From the NCBI GenBank assembly GCA_036556305.1, contig DATBJO010000069.1, positions 1,520 through 65,519 on the forward strand: 64,000 nucleotides of DNA, in the 5' to 3' direction. Origin of the DNA: Gemmatimonadota bacterium (GTDB lineage Bacteria > Gemmatimonadota > Gemmatimonadetes > JACCXV01 > JAHWKZ01). The position numbers were made by a program, and so were the translations under genes. Shown piece after piece: positions 11,116 through 21,064 of the stretch. Every line of letters begins with the position of its first letter. The stretch's first letter is position 1. The notes below the pieces were generated by a model, which saw nothing but the letters and a program-made list of their open reading frames with translations, ran no database searches and was not told the origin of the DNA.

Positions 11116-12072
11116 GTGCGCGTCGTCTTCTGGGGAAGCCCCGAGTTCGCCGTCACCGTCCTCGATGCCGTCCTGTCGAGCCGGCACGAGGTCGTGGGCG
11201 TCGTGACCCGACCGCCGCGTCCGACCGGCCGCGGCCGGCGCGAGCGGCCGACGCCGGTAGCCGCGCTCGCCGAATCGACCGGCGTGCCGGTCCTCGCGCC
11301 GCGGCGCCCGCGCGGGGAGGAGCTCGAGGCCGCGCTCGCCGCGCTCGATCCGGACGTGTCCCTCGTCGCCGCCTACGGCGCGCTCCTGTCCCCGGAGATC
11401 CTGGCCCTGCCGCGCCACGGCTCGCTCAACGTCCACGCCTCGCTGCTCCCCGACTACCGCGGCGCGGCTCCCGTGACGCGCGCGATCCTCGACGGTCGGG
11501 CGGAGACGGGGATCACGATCATGCGCATGGAGGAGGGGCTCGACAGCGGCGCGATTTGCCTCCAGGCGACGACGCCGATCGGTCCCGAGGACACGGCGGC
11601 GTCCCTGACCGCGCGTCTCGCCGAGCTCGGCGGGCGACTCGCCGTCGAGGCGCTCGACCGGCTCGCGGACGGGACGCTCGACGAAACGCCGCAGGACGCG
11701 GCCCGCGCGACGTACGCGGCGAAGGTCTCGACCGGAGACGCCGCGGTCGACTGGTCGCTTCCCGCCGAGTCGATCGAGCGCGCCGCGCGGGCCTTCGATC
11801 CGTCGCCGGGCGCGTGGACGACCTGGCGCGGCGGGCGCCTCAAGCTGTTCCGCGCGAGCCTCGCGGCGGACGCCGCGGGGGCCGGTCCGACGGGCGCCCC
11901 GGGAGAGATCCTGACGCTCGATCCGGCGCCGGTCGTGCGGACCGGTGCGGGCGCGCTCCGCCTCGACGTCGTCCAGCCCGCCGGAGCGCGGCGGATGTCG
12001 GGCGCCGAATGGGCGCGGGGCCGTGGCGTCCGGGTCGGCGAGCGGCTGGGGCCGCCCGGCGTCGGTCGATGA
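11116..12072 (+). CDS. fmt: Methionyl-tRNA formyltransferase
   Basis: Fmt N- and C-terminal domains are visible (SLNVHASLLPDYRGAAP). The def-fmt pair is conserved. Confidence 0.95.
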   Translation: MRVVFWGSPEFAVTVLDAVLSSRHEVVGVVTRPPRPTGRGRRERPTPVAALAESTGVPVLAPRRPRGEELEAALAALDPDVSLVAAYGALLSPEILALPRHGSLNVHASLLPDYRGAAPVTRAILDGRAETGITIMRMEEGLDSGAICLQATTPIGPEDTAASLTARLAELGGRLAVEALDRLADGTLDETPQDAARATYAAKVSTGDAAVDWSLPAESIERAARAFDPSPGAWTTWRGGRLKLFRASLAADAAGAGPTGAPGEILTLDPAPVVRTGAGALRLDVVQPAGARRMSGAEWARGRGVRVGERLGPPGVGR

Positions 12073-12716
12073 GGGGAGCCGTCCCGTCGCTCGTCGCGGC
12101 GACCGACGACGAGCGGGTCGCGCGCGCGGACTTCGACGCGCGCCTCGCCGCGCTCCTCGCCGCGGGCTGCCCCGCGATCTGGATCCGCGCCGGCCGGTCG
12201 GGCGCCCGGGCGTTCCTCGATCTCGCCCGGTCCGCCGGCTCCCGTTGCCTGGCGGCGGGCGCCGAGCTCTGGGTCGGCGAGCGCGCGGACGTCGCCGCGC
12301 TCGCGGGCGCGCACGCGGTCCAGCTTCCCGAGGGCGGGCTCTCGGTCGCGGGCGCCCGCCGCGCGGCTGGAAACGGGATCCGGATCGGCCGCTCGGTGCA
12401 TTCCGTCGAGGCCGCGCTCGCCGCCGCCCGGGAGGGGGCCGACCGGCTCGTCGTGGGGACGATCTTCCCGAGCGCGAGCCACCCGCGCCGCGCGGCGTCC
12501 GGCACCGCGCTCCTCGCGGCCGTCCGCGCCGCGCTCGCGGCCGAGGGGCTGGAGCGCCCGCTGATCGCGATCGGAGGGATGACGCCGGAGCGCGCGATCG
12601 AGGCGCGGGAGGCGGGCGCCGACGGGGTCGCGGCGATCCGCGCGCTCTGGGGGGCCGACGATCCGTTCGCGGCCGCGCGCGCGTTTCTCGCCGCGCTTCG
12701 GCGCCGCGCGGGATGA
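12069..12716 (+). CDS. thiE: Thiamine-phosphate synthase
   Basis: ATGA overlap with fmt. TIM-barrel ThiE signature (VGTIFPSASHP...IAIGGM). Confidence 0.8.
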   Translation: MRGAVPSLVAATDDERVARADFDARLAALLAAGCPAIWIRAGRSGARAFLDLARSAGSRCLAAGAELWVGERADVAALAGAHAVQLPEGGLSVAGARRAAGNGIRIGRSVHSVEAALAAAREGADRLVVGTIFPSASHPRRAASGTALLAAVRAALAAEGLERPLIAIGGMTPERAIEAREAGADGVAAIRALWGADDPFAAARAFLAALRRRAG

Positions 12717-12735
12717 CGCGTTACATTCGTGCGCG

Positions 12736-12978
12736 ATGAGCGAGAGCGCTTCGATTCGGACGGAGCACCGCCCTGCGTTCGAGGTCCGCGCCAACGGAGT
12801 GACGCGCGCGGTCGCGGCCGGCGCCACGGTGGCGGAGTTCCTCGCCGCGCACGATCTCGACCCGGACCTCGTCGTCGTCGAGAGGAACGGCGCGATCCTG
12901 TCGCGCGCGGAGTTCGAGCGGACCCCGCTCGCGCCGGGCGACGCGCTCGAGATCGTGCATTTCGTGGGTGGGGGATGA
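12736..12978 (+). CDS. thiS: Sulfur carrier protein ThiS
   Basis: 80 aa ending in GG, with a ubiquitin-like beta-grasp pattern. Confidence 0.8.
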   Translation: MSESASIRTEHRPAFEVRANGVTRAVAAGATVAEFLAAHDLDPDLVVVERNGAILSRAEFERTPLAPGDALEIVHFVGGG

Positions 12979-13772
12979 GCCCGGAACGTCGGACCCCGGC
13001 GGACTTCCTCGCGCTCGGCGACCGGACGTTCGGCTCGAGGCTCATCATCGGCACGGGGAAGTACGACTCGCCGCGGACGATGACGGCGGCGCTCGAGGCC
13101 TCGGGGGCCGAGATCATCACGGTCGCGGTCCGGCGCGTCGACCTCGACGCGTCGAAGGACGAGAGCCTGCTCCACTGGCTCGATCCCGAGAAGGTCCTGA
13201 TCCTCCCGAACACCGCGGGCTGCTACTCCGCCGACGAGGCGATACGGGTCGCGCGCCTGGGACGCGCCGCGGGTCTGAGCGACTTCGTGAAGCTCGAGGT
13301 GATCGGCGACGAGAAGACCCTCTACCCCGACGTCGTCGAGCTCCTGCGCGCGACGGAGACGCTGGCCGGCGAGGGGTTCACCGTCCTGCCATACACGAGC
13401 GACGACCCGGTCGTCGCCCGGCGGCTCGAGGAGGCGGGTGCGGCCGCGGTCATGCCGCTCGCCTCGCCGATCGGCTCCGGACTCGGCCTCGTCGATCCGA
13501 TCGGGATCGGGTTCATCCTCGAGGCGGTGTCGGTTCCGGTCATCGTCGACGCGGGGGTGGGCACCGCGTCGGACGCCGCCGCCACGATGGAGCTCGGAGT
13601 GGACGGGATCCTGATGAACACGGCGATCGCGAAGGCGCGGGATCCGGTGCGGATGGCCGTCGCGATGCGGCTCGCGGTCGAAGCCGGACGCCTGGCGTTC
13701 GAGGCCGGCCGCATGGAGAAACGTGCGTACGCCTCTCCGTCGAGTCCGATCGCGGGTCGGGTCGGCGCCTAG
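12975..13772 (+). CDS. thiG: Thiazole synthase
   Basis: ATGA overlap with thiS. The ThiG motifs IIGTGKY...LPNTAGC...VKLEVIGD...VMPL.SPIGSG are present. Confidence 0.9.
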   Translation: MSPERRTPADFLALGDRTFGSRLIIGTGKYDSPRTMTAALEASGAEIITVAVRRVDLDASKDESLLHWLDPEKVLILPNTAGCYSADEAIRVARLGRAAGLSDFVKLEVIGDEKTLYPDVVELLRATETLAGEGFTVLPYTSDDPVVARRLEEAGAAAVMPLASPIGSGLGLVDPIGIGFILEAVSVPVIVDAGVGTASDAAATMELGVDGILMNTAIAKARDPVRMAVAMRLAVEAGRLAFEAGRMEKRAYASPSSPIAGRVGA

Positions 13773-15144
13773 GGTACCGACCCGGGGCGACCGGTCGGAC
13801 GCCGGGAGCCTGCCCGCGAGCCCTGAGCGCAGGGCCGCGCTCGCGGTGCTCCGGGACGTGCGCCGCGGCGCGCGCGCGGACGAGAGCCTCGCCCGTCACG
13901 CGGGCCGGATCGACCGGCGCGCGCGACCGTTCCTGATGGAGCTCGCCTACGGCGCGATCCGCTGGCGGAAGCGGCTCCGCTGGGAGCTCGAGCGGCACCT
14001 GCGGAAGCCCGCCGAGGCGCTGCCGCCGGACGTGCTCGCGATCCTCGAGCTGGGCGCGTATCAGGTGCGCTTCATGAGCGGGGTGCCGCCATGGGCGGCG
14101 GTCGACGAGAGCGTGAAGCTGGTCCGGGGCGAGACGCCGCCGAAGGTCTCCCGCTGGGCGGCGAGCGTCGTCAACGCGGTCCTCCGGAACCTCGCCCGCG
14201 CGGATCCGGAGCCTCTGCCCGACGGCGCGGATCCCGTGACGCGCCTCGCGATCGAGCACTCGCACCCGGAGTGGATGATCGAGCGCTGGCTCGCGCGCCA
14301 CGGGCTCGAAGCGACTCGCGCCCTGCTCGCGCGCGACAACCTCCCGCCGCCCCTCCACCTCAAGGTGAATCGGGGCCGGGCGGAGCCCGCGGACGTCGTC
14401 GCGCGGCTCCGCGAGGCGGGGCACGACGCGCGGCTCCACGCGCGGAAGCCCGACGCGGTCGTGATCGACGCGGGCGCGGCGCCGGAAGCCCTGCCGGGGT
14501 GGAGCGAGGGCTGGTTCTGGGTGCAGGACGCGGGCGCCCAGTGGGTCGTCGAGGCCGCGGATCCGCCGCGGGAGGGATGGCTCCTCGACGCGTGCGCGGC
14601 GCCGGGCGGTAAGCTCGTCGGGCTCCTGGAACGCGCCGGCGGAGCGGTCCGCGCGCTCGCCCTCGACGCGGATCCGGCGCGGCTCGAGCGCGTGCGGGAA
14701 TCCGCCCTGCGGCTCGGCATCGAAGGCGCGCGACTGGCGGCGGGGGACGCACGGCGGCCGCCGACGGCGGCGGCTTTCCCCCTCGTCCTCGCCGACGTGC
14801 CGTGCTCGGGGACCGGGGTCCTCCGTCGACGGGTCGACGCGCGCTGGCGCCGGCGGCCCGATGACCTCCCGCGCTTCGCGGCCTTTCAGCGCGAGGTCCT
14901 GGAGGGCCTCGCGGAACGCGTGGCCGAAGGCGGGGTGCTGATCTACGCCACCTGCTCGCTCGAACCGGAGGAGAACGAGGACGTCGTGAACGGATTCCTG
15001 GCCGCCCACGCGGAGTTCCGCCTCGATCCGATCGGCGCGCGCGTGCCCGCGGCAATCGCCGACGGGCCGTGGCTCGTCACGCGCCCGTGGGCCGACGACG
15101 CCGACGGGATGTTCGCGGCGCGCCTCGTCCGGGAGGCGCGATGA
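13723..15144 (+). CDS. rsmB: 16S rRNA (cytosine967-C5)-methyltransferase RsmB/Sun
   Basis: NusB-like N-terminal domain plus a SAM methyltransferase with the catalytic DVPCSGTG and ATCS motifs. The only canonical start is ATG 13723, overlapping the thiG end. Confidence 0.85.
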   Translation: MRTPLRRVRSRVGSAPRVPTRGDRSDAGSLPASPERRAALAVLRDVRRGARADESLARHAGRIDRRARPFLMELAYGAIRWRKRLRWELERHLRKPAEALPPDVLAILELGAYQVRFMSGVPPWAAVDESVKLVRGETPPKVSRWAASVVNAVLRNLARADPEPLPDGADPVTRLAIEHSHPEWMIERWLARHGLEATRALLARDNLPPPLHLKVNRGRAEPADVVARLREAGHDARLHARKPDAVVIDAGAAPEALPGWSEGWFWVQDAGAQWVVEAADPPREGWLLDACAAPGGKLVGLLERAGGAVRALALDADPARLERVRESALRLGIEGARLAAGDARRPPTAAAFPLVLADVPCSGTGVLRRRVDARWRRRPDDLPRFAAFQREVLEGLAERVAEGGVLIYATCSLEPEENEDVVNGFLAAHAEFRLDPIGARVPAAIADGPWLVTRPWADDADGMFAARLVREAR

Positions 15145-16160
15145 AGGGGCCCCGTCCGTCGTGGAGCCGACGCTTCGGCCTCGGCGAGCGGGATTTCCGC
15201 GACCGTCGCGAGATGGTAGAGCGGAGCCGGAGCGCCACCTGGCAGGTCCCGATCGCGCTGATCGTCGCCACGGTGGGGGCGGGCGCGCTCGGCTACCTCG
15301 GCGTGCAGCTCTTCCTGCTCCCCGAGACGCTGGCCGAGAGCCGCCTGGGTCGCGTCCCCGACCTGACCGGATTCGCGCTCGATCGAGCGGAGTGGGAAGG
15401 CGAGCAGCAGGGGTACGACGTCGTCGCGAGCGGTCGCCAGTACTCGGACGAGATCGACGAGGGTGACGTCATCTATCAGATCCCGCCGCCGGGCAGCTAT
15501 CTCGCCGCCGGGGACACGGTGTTCACGCTCGTGAGCCTCGGGGCGCCGGACACGCGGATCCCGAACCTCGCGGGTCTGGACCTCGATCGCGCGCGCTCGA
15601 TGCTCCACCAGATCGGCGTCGAGGTCGAAGGGGTCGAACGCGAGGCGAGCGAGCTCCTGCCGCAGAACGTCGTCGTGCGCTCCGATCCGCCCGCGGGCAC
15701 GCCGGTCGACGGGGACGGCATGAGCGTCGTGCTGAGCCTCAGCCGCGGCGGGACGATGGTCGAGATGCCCGACGTTCGCGGCCTGCCGCAGGCGGCGGCG
15801 CGGGACACGCTCGAGATCTTCGGCCTCACGGTCGGCGAAGTGACGAGCGTCGCCGTGGCCGACTCGGGCGAGCTCGGGGAGCGCGAGATCGTCGTCACCG
15901 GGCAGGAGCCCGGGGCCCGGCGGCGGATCCGGACGGGCAGCGCCGTCCGGCTCGAGCTCGGACCGGAGAAGGCGCCGCCGGCGCGGCGGCCGGCGGCGGC
16001 CCCGGCGCCGGAAGCCGAAGGCCTGCCGACCGACGCTGCGGCCGAAGAGACGCCGGACAACGAGCGCGAGCGGGGTCGACCGGATCTCATCGACCCGGGA
16101 CCCCCTCCGGACGAGCAGCCGACGCCCGACGTCCCCTCCGCCGACGACGAGACCTTCTGA
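15141..16160 (+). CDS. Membrane-anchored PASTA-repeat protein without a kinase domain
   Basis: ATGA overlap with rsmB. One TM helix (VPIALIVATVGAGALGYLGVQLFLL) followed by three PASTA-like repeats and a Pro/Ala-rich acidic tail. No kinase catalytic motifs. Confidence 0.75.
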   Translation: MKGPRPSWSRRFGLGERDFRDRREMVERSRSATWQVPIALIVATVGAGALGYLGVQLFLLPETLAESRLGRVPDLTGFALDRAEWEGEQQGYDVVASGRQYSDEIDEGDVIYQIPPPGSYLAAGDTVFTLVSLGAPDTRIPNLAGLDLDRARSMLHQIGVEVEGVEREASELLPQNVVVRSDPPAGTPVDGDGMSVVLSLSRGGTMVEMPDVRGLPQAAARDTLEIFGLTVGEVTSVAVADSGELGEREIVVTGQEPGARRRIRTGSAVRLELGPEKAPPARRPAAAPAPEAEGLPTDAAAEETPDNERERGRPDLIDPGPPPDEQPTPDVPSADDETF

Positions 16161-16177
16161 GCGCCCGGTCTCCCCGC

Positions 16178-16843
16178 GTGATCGTCGCGCCTTCGGTCCT
16201 CGCGGCCGACCTCGGTCGGCTCGCCGACGCCGTGACCGCCGCCGAGCGCGGCGGCGCCGACTGGATCCACGTCGACGTCATGGACGGTCACTTCGTCCCG
16301 AATCTCACGTTCGGGGCCGACGTCATCCGTGCGATCCGGCGCGTGACGCGGCTCCCCATCGACGCCCACCTCATGGTCGAACGGCCCGAGCAGTACTTCG
16401 ACGAGTACGTCGAGGCCGGCGCCACGGGGATCACGATCCACGTCGAGGTCGCGCCGCACCTCCACCGCCGGCTCCAGCGGCTCGGCGAGCTCGGCGTCAC
16501 GGCCGGCGTGGCGATCAACCCCGGCACCTCGCTCGCGGCGCTCGACGCCGCGTGGGAGACGGCGGGCCTCGTGCTCGTGATGAGCGTGGATCCGGGCTGG
16601 GCGGGGCAGGCCTTCATCCCGGCCGCGCTCGATCGGCTGCGCGCCGCTCGGGAGCGGATCGACGCGCTCGCGGCGGGCGCGCGGCCCCTCCTCGAGGTCG
16701 ACGGCGGGATCACGGCCGCCAACGCGGCGGCGGCGGTCGAGGCCGGCGCCGACGTCCTCGTCAGCGGCTCGGGCGTTTTTCGCGGAGAGCCCGCGGAGCG
16801 CATCGCGGCGATCCGCTCGGCGGTCGCCGGCATTCGCGCCTGA
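16178..16843 (+). CDS. rpe: Ribulose-phosphate 3-epimerase
   Basis: Rpe motifs HVDVMDGHFVPN, DAHLMV and VMSVDPGWAGQ. Confidence 0.95.
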   Translation: MIVAPSVLAADLGRLADAVTAAERGGADWIHVDVMDGHFVPNLTFGADVIRAIRRVTRLPIDAHLMVERPEQYFDEYVEAGATGITIHVEVAPHLHRRLQRLGELGVTAGVAINPGTSLAALDAAWETAGLVLVMSVDPGWAGQAFIPAALDRLRAARERIDALAAGARPLLEVDGGITAANAAAAVEAGADVLVSGSGVFRGEPAERIAAIRSAVAGIRA

Positions 16844-16935
16844 TCCGGCGGGCTGAAACCTTCCGCGGGTCGAACGCGTTCTCCTCTCCAGAAGTCCGCA
16901 CGCAGAAAGCACGGTGAAGCGAACGGCCGGAGCGG

Positions 16936-16964
16936 TTGACATACATAGTGCTTCAATGTATAGT
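16936..16964 (+). promoter_or_regulatory. Near-consensus sigma70 promoter (TTGACA, 17-nt spacer, TATAGT) in an AT-rich islet
   Basis: Seen directly: ttgaca at 16936-16941, 17-nt spacer, tatagt at 16959-16964. It lies 143 nt upstream of the outer-membrane barrel gene. Local GC is far below the window average. Confidence 0.5.
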
Positions 16965-17106
16965 ACCTCTATGCAAGACCGGACCCCAGCCGTCCCGTCG
17001 ACCCCGAAGGCTCCGGGGATCCGGCCGATTTCGAAGCCGAACCCAACGCCGGGCCCGTCTTCGGCGTCATAGAGGGGACGCACCGCATCCGCTCATCACA
17101 TTCTCG

Positions 17107-19587
17107 ATGAAAGAGCTGGCCATGAATCGCATCCTCGTCGTCTTCTTCGGACTCGCCCTGTTCGGCTTCACCCCGCTCTTCGCGCAGAACCCGGCCGGTC
17201 GACCGGCCGGCCCGCCCGCGGCCCCGGCCTCCGGCGAGGTCAGGGGCGCCGTCGTGGACCGGGACGGCGCCCCGCTCTACGGCGCCTCCGTAGCCGTCTG
17301 GAAGGACGGCGCGATCGTCTCGGGGGACATCGCCCACGAGGACGGCTCGTTCCGCGTTCAGGGCCTGCCGTCCGGCTCCTACCGCGTCCAGGTCACGTCG
17401 ATCGGGTACGAAGCCCATTCGAGCGCCGAGTTCACGGTCGCGCCCGGGGTCCCGATCGACCTCGGGACGATCCGCATGGCTCCCTCCCCGGTGGCGGTCG
17501 AGGGAATCGACGTTCAGGTCGAGAGGCCCGCGGTGGCCATCGAGCCGGACCGGAACAGCTACGCCGCCAAGGACGTCGCGCCCGCCGCCTCCAACGCGAG
17601 CGAGGTGCTCGTGGCGGTGCCGTCGGTCAACGTCGACCAGGACGGGAAGGTCAGCCTGCGGGGGAACGAGAACGTCGCGATCCACATCAACGGGCGGCCC
17701 GCGCCCGTCTCGGGCGACCAGCTCGCCTCGTATCTCCAGCAGCTCCCGGCCAACGTGATCGATCGGATCGAGGTCGTGCCGACGCCCTCGGCCCGCTACG
17801 ATCCCGAAGGGATGGCCGGGATCATCAACATCGTGATGAAGCAGAACGTGGACCTGGGGACGAGCGGCGGGTTCACGCTCGCCGGATCGCCGCAGGACCG
17901 CTACAACGCCTCGGGAACCTTCGGCTACCAGAGCGGGCCGATCACGCTGTTCACGAATTACGGATTCAACTACGACCAGCGCTCGATCGACGGGATCAAC
18001 GACCGCGAGCGGTTCGACGCCCTCGAGGCGCTCCTCTCGGTCACCGAGCAGGACGTCTTCGGCGAGACGAGCCGGAACGGCCACAACCTCGGCGCCACGG
18101 TCGACTACAAGCTGAACGACCGGGACGTGGTCACGAACATCCTCTCGTTGAACAAGCGCGGCGCGACTGACGATTCGCGGAACGAGTACATCGAGCTGGA
18201 CGGCGACGGCACGCAGCTGGACGAGTACGACCGGCTCCGAGAAAGCGAGAACGACGGCCTCGTGTTCGACTGGACGCTCGCGTTCAAGCGCACGCTCGAT
18301 GCCCGGCGTCACGAGATCTCCGCCGAGGCCCGCTTCAACCGCTCGGCCGACGACGACTCGTCGACCTTCTGGCGGCAGCCGTTCGAGGCGTCGAGTCCCC
18401 GCACCGAGATCGAGCTGAGGGACACCGACGCGCTGACCCGCGAGCTGACCGGGCAGGTCGACTACGTGCGGCCGCTCGGCGAGCGCTCCAAGCTCGAGCT
18501 CGGCTGGAAGGGGAACGCGCGCTGGCTCGACCGCGATTACCTCGTCCTCGAGGACGAGCTGGGAACCGGGGAGCTCGTCGAGAGCGATCTCTCGAACGCG
18601 TTCGACTTCGAGGAGCACGTCGAGGCCGCCTACGCGGTCGTGAGCCACGGGATCGGAAAGTTCGAGCTCCAGGCCGGTCTTCGCGCCGAGTACGCGACCC
18701 GCGACTTCGTCCTGGCGAACGAGGACCAGAGCTTTCCTCACGACTACGGGAGCCTCTTCCCGAGCGGGGTGGTGAGCTGGCAGCTCAACGAGAGTGATGA
18801 GGCGAAGCTCAGCTACTCGCGCCGCATCCGGCGGCCCGGGACCCAGGAGCTGAACCCGTTCCCGACCTTCTTCGACGTTCAGAACGTGTTCATCGGCAAT
18901 CCCCGGCTGGACCCGGAGTACACCGACGCGATCGAGCTCGGTTTCACGCATCAGGCGGGCTGGGGGATGTGGCAGGTCTCGCCGTTCTACCGCCGCACGA
19001 GCGACGTCATCCGCTTCATCGTCGACACCGACGACGTCGTGGACGGTCGCGAGGTGACTTCGGTCAGCTTCGAGAACCTGGATACGGGGGACTCGTGGGG
19101 AACGGACGTGAACGCCCAGCTCCAGTTCGGGGGATGGCTGAACGTCATCCCCAACTTCAATATCTTCAAGATGGTCACCAACGGGGGCTCGGAGACGAGC
19201 CTGTCGTCGAATGCGGTCACGTGGTCGACCCGGATCAACGCGACCGCCACGATCACGCCATCGCTGAGCCTCCAGGCGATGACGCTCTACCGCGCGCCGA
19301 TGGAGTTCGAGGGCGGCGAGTTCTCGAGCTGGAAGATGACGATGTTCACGCTCAAGCAGAAGATCGGCGAGCAGGCGTCGCTCAGCCTGCGGGTGGTCGA
19401 TCCCTTCGACAAGATGGGCTTCCGGGTCGTCGCGGGAGACGAGAGCCTGACGCAGATCACCGAGCGCCGGTTCGACGCCCAGTCCGTTCACCTCACGTTC
19501 CAGTACAACTTCGGCAAGCCGCCGAAGGTCCGGCAGCCGCGTCCGGATGCGGGAGGCGATCAGCCGGCGGGCGGCTTCCCGCAGTAG
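17107..19587 (+). CDS. TonB-dependent-receptor-like outer-membrane beta-barrel protein (CarboxypepD_reg + Plug + OMP_b-brl_3-type barrel)
   Basis: Signal peptide MKELAMNRILVVFFGLALFGFTPLFAQ. Ig-like CarboxypepD_reg domain (GAVVDRDG...SYRVQVTSIGY). Plug motifs (VSLRGNENVAIHINGRP...IDRIEVV). A long barrel with alternating aromatic strands. Confidence 0.85.
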   Translation: MKELAMNRILVVFFGLALFGFTPLFAQNPAGRPAGPPAAPASGEVRGAVVDRDGAPLYGASVAVWKDGAIVSGDIAHEDGSFRVQGLPSGSYRVQVTSIGYEAHSSAEFTVAPGVPIDLGTIRMAPSPVAVEGIDVQVERPAVAIEPDRNSYAAKDVAPAASNASEVLVAVPSVNVDQDGKVSLRGNENVAIHINGRPAPVSGDQLASYLQQLPANVIDRIEVVPTPSARYDPEGMAGIINIVMKQNVDLGTSGGFTLAGSPQDRYNASGTFGYQSGPITLFTNYGFNYDQRSIDGINDRERFDALEALLSVTEQDVFGETSRNGHNLGATVDYKLNDRDVVTNILSLNKRGATDDSRNEYIELDGDGTQLDEYDRLRESENDGLVFDWTLAFKRTLDARRHEISAEARFNRSADDDSSTFWRQPFEASSPRTEIELRDTDALTRELTGQVDYVRPLGERSKLELGWKGNARWLDRDYLVLEDELGTGELVESDLSNAFDFEEHVEAAYAVVSHGIGKFELQAGLRAEYATRDFVLANEDQSFPHDYGSLFPSGVVSWQLNESDEAKLSYSRRIRRPGTQELNPFPTFFDVQNVFIGNPRLDPEYTDAIELGFTHQAGWGMWQVSPFYRRTSDVIRFIVDTDDVVDGREVTSVSFENLDTGDSWGTDVNAQLQFGGWLNVIPNFNIFKMVTNGGSETSLSSNAVTWSTRINATATITPSLSLQAMTLYRAPMEFEGGEFSSWKMTMFTLKQKIGEQASLSLRVVDPFDKMGFRVVAGDESLTQITERRFDAQSVHLTFQYNFGKPPKVRQPRPDAGGDQPAGGFPQ

Positions 19588-19620
19588 CGCCCCGGGACGC
19601 CGCACGCCGGCGCGGCGCGT

Positions 19621-20601
19621 TCAGCGGATGTCGGCGAAGTCGGGGACGAACATCGTGAGCCCACCGTCGGCGCGCATCTTCGCGTAGCCGGCGGCGAGCT
19701 GATCGTTCATCCTGTCGCCGAAGAAATCGAACGGGTCGCTCGGGTCGGCGTCCAGGATCCGCAGATCGGCATCCGTCTGGGTCATGCGGCCGATCCGGAT
19801 CGTGCCGCCGCGGAACCAGAGATGGTTCGCGCGGCCGCGGGTCGGTGCCGCTCCGGGGTCTCCCAGCGTCAGCCACAGTCCGTCGTCCTCGACGCGCACC
19901 GCGGTCGCGCGGCCGCTCATGCGCGGCGGCGGGAAGGCCCGGCTCGCGTCCAGGATCAGGTCGTCGCCGTCGAAGGCGATGCCCCGGTCCTCGAGATCCC
20001 CCATGAGGTCCGCCGCGTCGAGGCCGAGCGCGTGCATGAGCCCCCCGACCGGGACGTCGAGGGCCTGGACCGACGTCGTCCGGATCCGGATCCGGCCGTC
20101 CGGCGTGACCTCGGGTCGTCCTTCGATCTCGAACGGCAGGCCGAGGACGCCCTGGAGGTCCCCTTTCAGCTCGACCTCGTCGCGCTGATCCTCGTCTTCC
20201 TCGCGCGCCAGCGTGAGATCGTTCACGGGCGCGTCGTCGAAGGCGAACGTGTACTCGTTGAGGACCGCGGAGAGGTCCGCCCAGCCGATCCGGGTCTCGG
20301 CGCCTTCGACGTCGATCCGATAGGCGTTCTCGTCGTCCAGGGTGACGGGCTGGCCGGGCCGGACGCTGGACGCGGTCCCCGCCAGCCGGATCACGTGGAT
20401 GCTTGCATCGGGAAACAGGCGCAGATCGACGTCCAGGATCTCGACACGCGTCGGCGCGCCCGCGGACGACGGCTGCCGGCCGGCCGTTGTGTCGACCGCC
20501 GCCGGGGCGCCGTGGTTCTCGCGGGTCGCCGGCCCGCTACAGCCCAGGGCGAGCAGAAGGCACGCCCATCGAAGCCTGGCCGTAGCGGGCGCGATCAGCA
20601 C
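19621..20601 (-). CDS. Hypothetical lipoprotein
   Basis: 326 aa. Signal peptide with lipobox LALGCSG. Acidic and beta-rich. Family not recognised. Confidence 0.55.
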   Translation of the reverse strand: MLIAPATARLRWACLLLALGCSGPATRENHGAPAAVDTTAGRQPSSAGAPTRVEILDVDLRLFPDASIHVIRLAGTASSVRPGQPVTLDDENAYRIDVEGAETRIGWADLSAVLNEYTFAFDDAPVNDLTLAREEDEDQRDEVELKGDLQGVLGLPFEIEGRPEVTPDGRIRIRTTSVQALDVPVGGLMHALGLDAADLMGDLEDRGIAFDGDDLILDASRAFPPPRMSGRATAVRVEDDGLWLTLGDPGAAPTRGRANHLWFRGGTIRIGRMTQTDADLRILDADPSDPFDFFGDRMNDQLAAGYAKMRADGGLTMFVPDFADIR

Positions 20602-21050
20602 GGCTCCTTATGGAACTTTCCGGTCTGCACGTCGCACTCGAGACAGACGGACTCGTACTGTTTCACCTCGATGCTCCCGCGGCACATGATCTGACCGCGA
20701 TCGTTCCTCAACGCATACTCGCCGCTGCCCGGCCGTTGCGTCAGCTCGACGGTCGAGAGACCGCGCACGCTTCCGTTCTGGAGGACCTCGTAGGATTCGC
20801 CGTCCGAGGCGATCACGCTCACCCACCCCACCGCTTCCTCGGCGGGAAGTTCCTGGCCGGGCGGCATCCCCGGCGTCGGCGGGCTGCCGAGCGTGGGCGG
20901 GGCATCGAGATCGTCGTCCGCGTCGTCCAGGCCCGAATCGGTCACGACGACGTCGTAGTCGCCGTGGTCGTCCTCAGGGGCTCCGGCGTTCATGCACGCC
21001 GACGTGGATGTCAGCGTGGCGAGCAGCACGATCGTCCATCCGCGAAACAT
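20595..21050 (-). CDS. Small hypothetical lipoprotein (about 151 aa)
   Basis: Internal start MFRGWTIVLLATLTSTSAC with a GGAGG RBS. Cys-containing acidic secreted protein. Overlaps the downstream gene by 7 nt. Confidence 0.5.
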   Translation of the reverse strand: MFRGWTIVLLATLTSTSACMNAGAPEDDHGDYDVVVTDSGLDDADDDLDAPPTLGSPPTPGMPPGQELPAEEAVGWVSVIASDGESYEVLQNGSVRGLSTVELTQRPGSGEYALRNDRGQIMCRGSIEVKQYESVCLECDVQTGKFHKEPC

Positions 21051-21064
21051 TCCGCCTCCGTCGT

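Noticed and set aside
12040-12075. Possible TPP riboswitch upstream of thiE
   Set aside because: thiE overlaps the fmt stop (ATGA), so there is no leader space. No THI-box-like sequence was seen in this window.
16936-17106. In-frame upstream extension of the outer-membrane barrel ORF starting at ATG 16936 (MTYIVLQCIVPLCK...)
   Set aside because: It lies in the AT-rich promoter islet and has no signal peptide. The ATG at 17107 gives a canonical signal peptide. This region is better explained as promoter plus leader.
19588-19620. GC-rich quasi-palindrome (cgccgcacgccggcgcggcg) between the convergent outer-membrane barrel and lipoprotein genes as a bidirectional terminator
   Set aside because: The stem is imperfect and there is no U-tract on either strand. 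It is plausible but too weak to call as a feature.
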